DNA of 61,614 bases from Pyrinomonadaceae bacterium (GTDB lineage: Bacteria > Acidobacteriota > Blastocatellia > Pyrinomonadales > Pyrinomonadaceae): positions 1 to 61,614 of the forward strand of contig DATDFT010000076.1 of assembly GCA_036522475.1 (NCBI GenBank). Direction: 5' to 3'. The notes under the pieces were generated by a model that made no database searches, had not been told where the DNA came from, and worked only from the letters and a program-made list of their open reading frames with translations. Numbering within the stretch: position 1 is the stretch's first letter; each line of letters starts with the position of its first letter. Position numbers and translations under genes: made by a program. Shown here piece after piece: positions 26,970 through 34,273 of this stretch.

Positions 26970-29597
26970 CTACTCGTATCGCAACGCGATTAGTGGATCG
27001 ACTTTGGTTGCGCGCCTGGCAGGGATGTAACAGGCGAGCAGTGTGGCCAGGATCACACAGAATGCTACTCCGCCAAACGTGATCGGATCGGTAGGAGAGA
27101 CTTCAAACAGCAGCGTGCTCATCAGTCGTGTTAGCGCCAACGCGCCTGCCAGCCCGAGTGTCAATCCGATAGTAACGAGGAGCATCCCGTTTTTGAGGAC
27201 CAGCTTGAGCACGTCGCGCCACTGCGCGCCCAACGCGATGCGAACACCGATTTCACGCGTGCGCTGCGTCACGAAATACGCCATCACTCCATAAATTCCC
27301 GCAACCGCCAGCACGAGCGCGATCGCCGAGAAGATGCCGAAGAGCAGTCCCCAAACTCGTGATTGCCAGACCGTATTCGTCGACAGCCTGGTCAAGGGCA
27401 TAACGTTGAAGACGCCGGTGTCGGGAGCGACCTGCCAGATCGCTCGCTGGATATCTTTCGCGACCATCATCGGATCGCCTTGCGTGCGCGCCACGAAATG
27501 AGTCTGCTTGGCGTAAGTCTGAAAACACGCGTAGTAGAGATCGTAGCCTGCTTCATCGACCAGACTGTTATGCTTTACGTCGCCGACAATGCCGACAATT
27601 TCGGCACAACCAACGCTGTCGTGATCGCAGTTGATTCGTTTGCCTAACGGATCGGTGTTGGGCCACATCAGTTCAGCCAATCGTCGGTTAATGAGCGCAA
27701 CGTCGGGATGGCCATCGGGCCTCAGAGTGTCGCGGTCAGTGAAGGTGCGACCACGAAGTAACGGGATTTGCATCACGCGAAAATAGTCAGGCGAGACGGC
27801 CTGGTAATTCACCAGTGGATTCTGTTTCTCTTCGTCACTCGACTGCCCCTCGATCGCAAACCCGCGTCGATACCACGGCTTTTGACCGACAAACGGCAAA
27901 TCACCGTTCGCCGCGACAGCAATCACGCCCGGCACCTGTGCGACTTGCTGCAGCAACTGTTGGTAGCGCCGCGACATAAACTCCACGCTGTAATCTTCCT
28001 GCCGCTGATAAGTCGGATTGATCTCGAGATGAAGCACGCCCTCGGCATTGAAACCAGGTGACGTGTTCTGCAAACGTGTAAAACTTCGGAGCATCAGTCC
28101 GGCACCGGCGAGCAACACGACGGCAAGCGCGATCTCAGTCACAACCAACAAACCGCGAACACGTTGCATTCCCGCGCTCGTGCCAGATTTGCCGCCTTCT
28201 TTCAACGACTCGTTCAGGTCCCGCGACGCCGTTCGTAACGCCGGTATCAACCCGACGAACAACGCGGTTAGCAGTGAGATCAGCAACGTGAATAACAGCG
28301 CCCGTCCGTCGAGCTCGATCTTCACAAAGAAAGGCAGAAGCTCGTCCGGCAACAGCGCAACCAACATGCGCAGGCCCCACGCCCCGAGCAGGATGCCGCC
28401 AACGCAGCCGATCGAAACGAGCAGTAACGCTTCTGAGATCGACTGCCGGATCAATCGTCCGCGGCTAGCTCCGAGCGCTGCGCGAACAACAAGCTCACGC
28501 TCGCGCACGGTCGCCTGCGTCATGAGCAGGTTCGCGACGTTCGCGCACGCAATCAGCAACACAAATCCACACGCACCCAGCAGAAGCCAGAAAGAGCGTC
28601 GCAAGTTGCCGAACCAGAAGTCGCGCAATGGAACCACAGTGGCAGTCACTTCGGCATTCGTGTCCGGATAAGTTTGCGCGAGGCGAGCGGCGATTTCCTT
28701 CATTTCCGCGCGGGCCTGGTCCGGCGACACGCCGGGCTTGAGACGTCCGATCGTCTGATCGATTCGGAAACCGCGCGCATGCCGTTCAAAGAAGTGATCG
28801 CTCAGCCACCACAAGTCAGTCTGCAACGGAAAACGAAAGCCCGGCGGCATCACTCCGCTTACAGTCATGCTGCGCCCGTCGATGCGAAGCTGACGTCCCA
28901 TGATGTGAGGATCACTCGAAAATCTTCTTTGCCACAGTCCATGACTCAGCAGGACCGTATCGGTGTCACCAGCCGTTGAAACATGGCCGAGGAACGGCGC
29001 GACTTGCAGAGTTGAAAACAGATTTGGAGTGCCGAAAGTCAGGCTGAGCGTTTCGGTTTCGTTGCCGAAGTCGAGATTCGCATTCCAACGCAGATTGAAA
29101 AACGCGAGGTCGTCGAAGACGTTGTTCTGGCCGCGCCAATCTTCGTAGTCGGGAAACGACACGCCGATCGATTGACCACGTTGCTGCGAATCGACCATCA
29201 CCAGGCGGTCGGCGTTGCCGTAAGGCAGCGGCCGCAGGAGAAAAGCATTCACGACGCTGAAGATCGCGGTGTTGGCCCCGATGCCCAGCGCGAGCGTTAC
29301 GATCGCGATCAGTGTGAAACCCGGATTCTTCGCGAGCAGGCGTTTGCCATAACGAAGGTCTTGCAGAAACTCTTCGATTAACCGCACGCCCCGCGCGTCG
29401 CGGCATTCTTCTTTCGATCGTTGGAGCGCGCCAAAGGATTTGAGAGCGGAATAGCGAGCGTCGTCAGGTTTCATTCCGTCTCGCTGGTTCTGCGCCGCCT
29501 CGCGTTCGAGGTGAAAGCTCAACTCGTCCGCGAGCTCTCGTTCCACTTGTTCTTTCTGAAACAACGCCCGCCAGCGCATCCTGATCCGCTCGAACAT
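26970..29597 (-). CDS. Duplicated MacB/FtsX-type ABC permease ('ADOP' architecture)
   Basis: Start moved to MFERIRMRWRALFQKEQVERELADELSFHLE, the typical ADOP N-terminus. There are two MacB_PCD-plus-FtsX halves, each with four TM helices. Confidence 0.9.
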   Translation of the reverse strand: MFERIRMRWRALFQKEQVERELADELSFHLEREAAQNQRDGMKPDDARYSALKSFGALQRSKEECRDARGVRLIEEFLQDLRYGKRLLAKNPGFTLIAIVTLALGIGANTAIFSVVNAFLLRPLPYGNADRLVMVDSQQRGQSIGVSFPDYEDWRGQNNVFDDLAFFNLRWNANLDFGNETETLSLTFGTPNLFSTLQVAPFLGHVSTAGDTDTVLLSHGLWQRRFSSDPHIMGRQLRIDGRSMTVSGVMPPGFRFPLQTDLWWLSDHFFERHARGFRIDQTIGRLKPGVSPDQARAEMKEIAARLAQTYPDTNAEVTATVVPLRDFWFGNLRRSFWLLLGACGFVLLIACANVANLLMTQATVRERELVVRAALGASRGRLIRQSISEALLLVSIGCVGGILLGAWGLRMLVALLPDELLPFFVKIELDGRALLFTLLISLLTALFVGLIPALRTASRDLNESLKEGGKSGTSAGMQRVRGLLVVTEIALAVVLLAGAGLMLRSFTRLQNTSPGFNAEGVLHLEINPTYQRQEDYSVEFMSRRYQQLLQQVAQVPGVIAVAANGDLPFVGQKPWYRRGFAIEGQSSDEEKQNPLVNYQAVSPDYFRVMQIPLLRGRTFTDRDTLRPDGHPDVALINRRLAELMWPNTDPLGKRINCDHDSVGCAEIVGIVGDVKHNSLVDEAGYDLYYACFQTYAKQTHFVARTQGDPMMVAKDIQRAIWQVAPDTGVFNVMPLTRLSTNTVWQSRVWGLLFGIFSAIALVLAVAGIYGVMAYFVTQRTREIGVRIALGAQWRDVLKLVLKNGMLLVTIGLTLGLAGALALTRLMSTLLFEVSPTDPITFGGVAFCVILATLLACYIPARRATKVDPLIALRYE

Positions 29598-29705
29598 GAT
29601 GTGGGTTCTCCTGTCGACAGCCAACTGGAGCGGACTATATTCGCACTCCTATCGGCTGTCAATAGGAAAGAGAAAGAGCGTGGCTTTGTGTAGAATCGGT
29701 CGACG

Positions 29706-30398
29706 ATGAATCAGCCCGAGATCCGCGCCGCCATATTCGACTTTGACTATACGCTCGCCGACTCGTCTGAAGGATGTGTGGAGTGTGTTAACTTCGCGTT
29801 CCGCGAGATGGGGCTCGCCACACACCCGGCGGAGATTGTCTGCCGAACCATCGGACTGTCGTTGAAAGAAACTTTCGTTACTCTGGCCGGCGATCACGAC
29901 GCCGCTCGAATGCGCGAATTCGCAGGACTATTTGTGCAACGAGCGGATCAGGTGATGGTCGATTTGACTGTGATGTACGAATCAGCCCACGCCACCATCA
30001 CGGCGCTTCGCGAGAGAGGATTGAGTCTGGGTATCGTTTCAACCAAGTACCGCCACCGCATCGAACACGTTTTGGAACGAGAGAATCTGCGTCATTTCTT
30101 TGACGTTGTAATCGGCGGTGAGGACGTCGAGGAACACAAGCCGCACCCTGCGGGACTCCTCGAAGCCATCAAGCGACTCGAATGTACTCGGACATCGACG
30201 GTGTATGTCGGCGATAGCGTGGTGGACGCCGAAGTGGCCAAGCGAGCCGCGGTGCCGTTCGTCGCAGTGCTTTCGGGTGTCACGCCGGTAGATCACTTCG
30301 ATGGCTATGAACGTATGGGAACTTTGAAAGACGTCTCGGAGCTACCTCAACTCCTACTCGAGAGCGCGGAGCGCGAGACCCTTGGCGACGGTCGTTAA
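29706..30398 (+). CDS. HAD-superfamily phosphatase (phosphoglycolate phosphatase-like)
   Basis: Motif I AAIFDFDYTLADS (DxDxT), motif II GIVSTK and motif IV YVGDSVVD. Confidence 0.8.
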   Translation: MNQPEIRAAIFDFDYTLADSSEGCVECVNFAFREMGLATHPAEIVCRTIGLSLKETFVTLAGDHDAARMREFAGLFVQRADQVMVDLTVMYESAHATITALRERGLSLGIVSTKYRHRIEHVLERENLRHFFDVVIGGEDVEEHKPHPAGLLEAIKRLECTRTSTVYVGDSVVDAEVAKRAAVPFVAVLSGVTPVDHFDGYERMGTLKDVSELPQLLLESAERETLGDGR

Positions 30399-31124
30399 CT
30401 CTTCACCGCCTTTCAGCTTGTGACTTCCGAATGTCTTCGCGAAGAAGCGACGCACGTAAGGTACGAAGGAAGATCCTCCGGTGAGGAATACACTACCAAC
30501 GTCGCTGTAGCTAACGTTGTGTTGACTAAAAAGACTCTTAACGCACGTTGCGATGTTTTGAATGTCCTCCTGAATCCACGATTCAAAGCGCCAGCGTTCG
30601 AGAGTGTCGTTGATGTTCAAGGAGCCGTGCGCAAATACGAAGTCAGCGTCTTCGTTTACTGTTAATCCAACCTTTGTGCTCTCAACCGCACGATAAAGAG
30701 CGTAACCTAAGTTCTCGGAGATAATCTGAATCAACGCCGTTACTTTGTCAGGTTCCGACGCTTGATTCTTGACCTCTCGGAGGACGGTCATCGTCTTTGG
30801 ATCCTTGAGCAGAAACGTGCGATGCCAACTCGAGAGTTGTGAGTAGAGCCAGACAGGTACGGGAAGCTCCTTGCCTAACGAAACATAATGCGAGCCAAGG
30901 CCGAGTTTCGGCGCCACCAGGTTCATCATGATTCTGCTGTCGAACGTGTCGCCGGCAATGGCTACGCCCGAAGTTCCGACGACGGGATTTCTGCCGGTCT
31001 GTTTTCTGCCGGGACCAAGGTGGGCCAACGTGAAGTCGCTTGTTCCACCTCCAAAGTCGCCTATCAAAACTAATTCGTCGTGGTCCAGTTGAGTTTCATA
31101 CTGGTATGCCGCGGCAACTCCCCC
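30354..31124 (-). pseudogene. 5'-truncated Hsp70/actin-fold ATPase gene (C-terminal ~255 codons only)
   Basis: The frame reads ...AAAYQYETQLDHDELVLIGDFGGGTSDFTL (the Hsp70 phosphate-2 motif DxGGGTxD), then VFLTGGSSFVPYVRRFF. The reading frame is closed by an in-frame stop at 31125..31127. The ~180 N-terminal codons that should hold the phosphate-1 motif are absent. Confidence 0.6.
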
Positions 31125-31185
31125 TCACATCAAGCGGCGAAGCCGCAATGTTGAGCCAATAAGGAACTTTGTGCAAAGCGCTCCA
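31123..31185 (-). repeat. Repeat 'head module', copy 1 (minus orientation)
   Basis: The minus strand reads TGGAGCGCTTTGCACAAAGTTCCTTATTGGCTCAACATTGCGGCTTCGCCGCTTGATGTGAGG. It is colinear with 43344..43409 and 57978..58030. Confidence 0.85.
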
Positions 31186-31554
31186 CGGCGCTTCGGTGCT
31201 CAAAATTCATGGCCCATGACACATTTTGATTCAAAAATAACATTGAGAGTGGGAATTAAGAATTTTCGGACCTGCCGTGACGATTGGTGGTGCCTTTGCG
31301 GATCTCTGTCCAACAGAGAACTTCGTAAAACGCTGCGATTTCGTCGTATGGATCGCATTGGTCCATACGCTGCTCACATTTTCTTGACACGAGCTTAGGG
31401 GAGAATTAGCATCTGCGTGAATTTTACCCTGCTACCCAAGCGACGTTGCATCAACGCCGACTCCGGGTCAACTAAGTCTCGACTCCAGCAACATCCAGAG
31501 CGGGACGCCGAACCCTCGCATAACCTTTCATACGTCTGAAGGGAACGCCCTCAT

Positions 31555-32910
31555 ATGAATTCCCAGTTGGTTATTATTGAGAATCCACCCTCGTCCGTAC
31601 ATAAAACTCTAATCCGCGATTTGATGCCCGAGTTAAGTTCTCATGTGGAACTTGCGACGTGGGATTCGCTTACACTTCAAAAACTACAAGAACGCTCCAC
31701 ACAGGTGCTCGTCGCCGTCGCAATGCCGTCGTCACCGGAAGCGATCGGCCTGTTCAAGTGGCTTCGCGAGCATCCGATCCCAAGTCCTACGCTGGCAGTG
31801 CTTGCGAATGATGTAGACGATGAGACTTTGAGCATCGTGTCTCAGTCGACTGACGACTTCGTTCTGTGGCCCACGCATGCGGCGGAGCTCCGTCACCGCT
31901 TACAACGGATGGTTTGCATAAACCACAAGCGAGATGAGCTCGTCGCCGCTGAGGATCGTCTCACTGAAATACTGGGAATGGAGCAACTGGTTGGCAAACA
32001 CCCGAAGTTTATACGTTCTATCAAGACGATTCCCTTGATCGCCAAAAGTGATCTCCCGGTGCTTATCACCGGAGCCACCGGTACCGGAAAGGAACTGTGC
32101 GCTCATGCCATACATACGCTCAGCAAGCGTCGCAGTTTTCCCTTTATTCCACTCGACGGCGGCGCGATTCCGGACCACCTGTTTGAAAACGAATTATTCG
32201 GCCATGCGCGCGGCGCGTTTACCGATGCCCACTCGGCGCAAAAGGGATTGGCAGCGATGGCCGAAGGCGGAACTTTGTTTTTGGACGAAGTGGATGCACT
32301 TTCACCGGGAGCCCAAGCGAAGCTTTTGCGCTTTCTACAGGAACGCACTTACAAGCCACTCGGTAGTGATCAGTTCGTCAAAGCGACAGTCAACGTGATC
32401 GCAGCAACCAACCGTGATCTGGAGCGTTGTGTACAAGAGAAACTGTTTCGCGCCGATCTTTACTTTCGACTAAACGCATTGCGCTTGGATTTGCCTTCAT
32501 TGGTTGAGCGTAACAGCGACATTCCCGTGCTGGCCCGTCATTTCCTTCAGGCTAACTCCACACGAAAGTCGTTCACACCCGCTGCGCTGCGCAAGCTGCA
32601 AGCCTACGACTGGCCCGGCAACGTAAGAGAACTCTTCAATGTAGTTCAACGTGCGATGTTGTTTGCGGAAGGCCAGTATATCCTTCCCGAACATCTATCG
32701 GTGCCTGTTCCTGATGATCCGTCTCAAAACAACGGCGACTCTTTTCGCGATGCGCGTGCTCGAGCGATTGAAGCCTTCGAGAAACACTACGTCGAGAAGT
32801 TGCTGGAAGAGCACAACGGGAGCGTCACACGTGCCGCACTAGCGGCCGGAAAAGACCGGCGCGCATTCGGTCGATTGAAGAAAAAATACGCCCTCAAAAA
32901 GGTGGGTTGA
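31555..32910 (+). CDS. Sigma-54-dependent transcriptional activator (bEBP) with a degenerate receiver domain
   Basis: AAA+ core with Walker A GATGTGKE, the GAFTGA-type loop HARGAFTDA, Walker B LFLDEVD and WPGNVREL. C-terminal Fis-type HTH NGSVTRAALAAGKDRRAFGRLKKKY. The N-terminal REC-like fold lacks the phospho-acceptor (VLVAVAMP instead of xxxxDxxMP) and has WPT in place of KPF. Confidence 0.9.
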   Translation: MNSQLVIIENPPSSVHKTLIRDLMPELSSHVELATWDSLTLQKLQERSTQVLVAVAMPSSPEAIGLFKWLREHPIPSPTLAVLANDVDDETLSIVSQSTDDFVLWPTHAAELRHRLQRMVCINHKRDELVAAEDRLTEILGMEQLVGKHPKFIRSIKTIPLIAKSDLPVLITGATGTGKELCAHAIHTLSKRRSFPFIPLDGGAIPDHLFENELFGHARGAFTDAHSAQKGLAAMAEGGTLFLDEVDALSPGAQAKLLRFLQERTYKPLGSDQFVKATVNVIAATNRDLERCVQEKLFRADLYFRLNALRLDLPSLVERNSDIPVLARHFLQANSTRKSFTPAALRKLQAYDWPGNVRELFNVVQRAMLFAEGQYILPEHLSVPVPDDPSQNNGDSFRDARARAIEAFEKHYVEKLLEEHNGSVTRAALAAGKDRRAFGRLKKKYALKKVG

Positions 32911-32922
32911 ATTCACCGCACA

Positions 32923-32944
32923 GGTGGGTCACCTGTGACCCACC
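32923..32944. promoter_or_regulatory. Perfect 10-bp dyad GGTGGGTCAC-ct-GTGACCCACC (candidate enhancer / UAS, or terminator of the bEBP gene)
   Basis: It starts 13 nt after the bEBP stop and lies ~165 nt upstream of the sigma-54-like promoter at 33096. A third GGTGGGT half-site sits at 32901..32907. No T-tract follows. Confidence 0.4.
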
Positions 32945-33095
32945 CGCTGCAAATCAACTAAACCCCGCGATAGTTACAAATTTCTTCTTCACAACCGGGT
33001 AATGCAGATGTCGCCCTGGTCCATCAGCGACCCGGTCAGCAAATCTCGTCAAGCACCTTCCTCAACTAAACCCGCCTAAATCATTCAACTCCGTA

Positions 33096-33111
33096 TGGCT
33101 TCACGTTTGCT
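33096..33111 (+). promoter_or_regulatory. Candidate sigma-54 (-24/-12) promoter
   Basis: TGGCTTCACGTTTGCT compared with the consensus TGGCAC-N5-TTGCW. The GG-N10-GC spacing is exact, and both TGGC and TTGC are present. The -12 GC is only ~14 nt before the ATG at 33125, which implies a near-leaderless transcript. Confidence 0.45.
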
Positions 33112-33124
33112 ATTGCGTTGACCG

Positions 33125-33415
33125 ATGTCATCAACATATGGGTACGAGGAGATAGCAAAACAAATCTTGAGGTACTTCTTACGCAATCCTCAATCTGCTG
33201 ACAGTCTCGAAGGCGTAGCCCGTTGGCGTTTGCTTGAAGAAAACGTTCATCAGGCCATGGTTGAAACTCAGAGCGCTCTGGAACAACTCGTCGCCGAGGG
33301 ATATCTGCAAGTTGTTTCTGTTCCAGGCTCGGAGCTCATTTACATCTTGAACACCACCAGGCACAAAGAGGCGGAAGCGTTTGCCGGCTCTGGCGTCGAT
33401 GACAATCGCAAATAA
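33125..33415 (+). CDS. Small protein (96 aa), possibly winged-helix-like
   Basis: ORF between the bEBP gene and the repeat array. The pattern ILRYFLRNPQSADSLEGVARWRL...ALEQLVAEGYLQVVSVPGSELIYILN resembles small wHTH proteins. This is a weak, by-eye call. Confidence 0.55.
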   Translation: MSSTYGYEEIAKQILRYFLRNPQSADSLEGVARWRLLEENVHQAMVETQSALEQLVAEGYLQVVSVPGSELIYILNTTRHKEAEAFAGSGVDDNRK

Positions 33416-33435
33416 GGACGGCTTTGCACAAACAA

Positions 33436-33590
33436 GTCGGAACTGAGCGCCAAGGCGCACAAATGAGTCGGAACAAAGCGCCAAAGGCGCACAAATGAGT
33501 CGGAACAAAGCGCCAAAGGCGCGCAAATAAGTCGGAACAAAGCGCCAAAGGCGCGCAAATGAGTCGGAACAAAGCGCCAAAGGCGCGCAA
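33436..33590 (+). repeat. Tandem array A-left: 5 copies of a 31-32-nt unit with a GCGCC-AAA-GGCGC hairpin
   Basis: The unit is GTCGGAACAAAGCGCCAAAGGCGCGCAAATGA, starting at 33436, 33467, 33499, 33531 and 33563. There are no unique spacers. Confidence 0.95.
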
Positions 33591-33598
33591 TATGAAAG

Positions 33599-33779
33599 CC
33601 AGGGGCAAGCGTGAAGCGTAGCGGAACGCGTCGCCCCTGGGTAATGAGGAATAAATTTGAAAAGAGCACTGAAAGTGCGAAATATGGACGTCAATTATTC
33701 CGCTCTTTCAGAGCTTCACGGCCTTGGCGTTCCGTACCAGGGGCGACGCGCCTTCACTTTGTTCGGCGCTTGCCCCTGG
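33599..33779. repeat. Inverted pair of ~42-nt CCAGGGGC...GCCCCTGG elements around a GACGTC centre
   Basis: 33599..33640 (ccaggggcaagcgtgaagcgtagcggaacgcgtcgcccctgg) and 33737..33779 (ccaggggcgacgcgccttcactttgttcggcgcttgcccctgg) are approximate reverse complements. The central palindrome GACGTC is at 33687..33692. Confidence 0.9.
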
Positions 33780-33912
33780 CTGTCATATTCCGCGCCTTCG
33801 GCGCTGCCCTGGCTGTCATATTCCGCGCCTTCGGCGCTGGCATGCCCCCTGGCTGTCATATTCCGCGCCTTCGGCGCATGCCTCGGGCTGTCATATTCCG
33901 CGCCTTCGGCGC
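33778..33912 (-). repeat. Tandem array A-right: 4 copies of a 27-nt core in the opposite orientation to A-left
   Basis: GGCTGTCATATTCCGCGCCTTCGGCGC occurs at 33778, 33811, 33851 and 33886, with short fillers of 6-13 nt. Its reverse complement GCGCCGAAGGCGCGGAATATGACAGCC matches the last A-left unit (gcgccaaaggcgcgcaatatgaaagcc) and the 61.4-kb array. Confidence 0.95.
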
Positions 33913-33981
33913 TGGCATTAACGACGTTTTTGTTCAAAGCGAATAACGACCATTAGCGCAATCGTTAAGGAGATCAGTTAC

Positions 33982-34239
33982 ATGCTCACCATTACAAATC
34001 GCACGAGGCAGCTACTCATTGTCCCGAAGAACAGTGGATCGTCGGTATATCTCGGACCAGGTGAAGGCGCGAAGATGCCGAGAACCGAGATCGATGGCAA
34101 TACCAAGATTGAGAAACTCGTTCGCACAGGCGCTGTGTCAGTCGGCGAGGCTGCGCCGCAGTCTATGCCCGAAGCCGCTGTGAATCCTGAGCCCGAAGAG
34201 GAAGCTCCTCGTTCCAAAAAATCGAAGCCTCAGAAATAG
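33982..34239 (+). CDS. Small protein (85 aa) at the head of the eCIS operon, unknown function
   Basis: An AAGGAG RBS lies 9 nt upstream. The C-terminal half is disordered and charged (PEAAVNPEPEEEAPRSKKSKPQK). Confidence 0.55.
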   Translation: MLTITNRTRQLLIVPKNSGSSVYLGPGEGAKMPRTEIDGNTKIEKLVRTGAVSVGEAAPQSMPEAAVNPEPEEEAPRSKKSKPQK

Positions 34240-34273
34240 ATAAATCCATCCACAGCTAAGAAGGAGAATAGCG

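Noticed and set aside
31359-31374. TGGTCCATACGCTGCT upstream of the bEBP gene as a sigma-54 promoter (autoregulation)
   Set aside because: Only TGG and TGC are matched, with GG-N10-GC spacing. A pattern this loose is expected tens of times by chance in 61 kb on two strands.
33436-33912. Regularly spaced palindromic repeats that might be a CRISPR array (also 61372..61614)
   Set aside because: The units are directly tandem with periods of 31-32 nt, 33-40 nt or 41-42 nt. The sequence between the conserved cores is either absent, only 6-13 nt long, or itself repeated. There are no unique 30-40-nt spacers and no cas genes in the window.
33179-33956. Six overlapping ORFs on both strands (e.g. 33179..33694, 33336..33608, 33611..33946, 33657..33956), and 61144..61608
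   Set aside because: Their peptides are periodic translations of the tandem repeats (RAFGALFRLICAPLALCSD..., IPRLWRWHCSHCAH...). They overlap each other in several frames and have no RBS.
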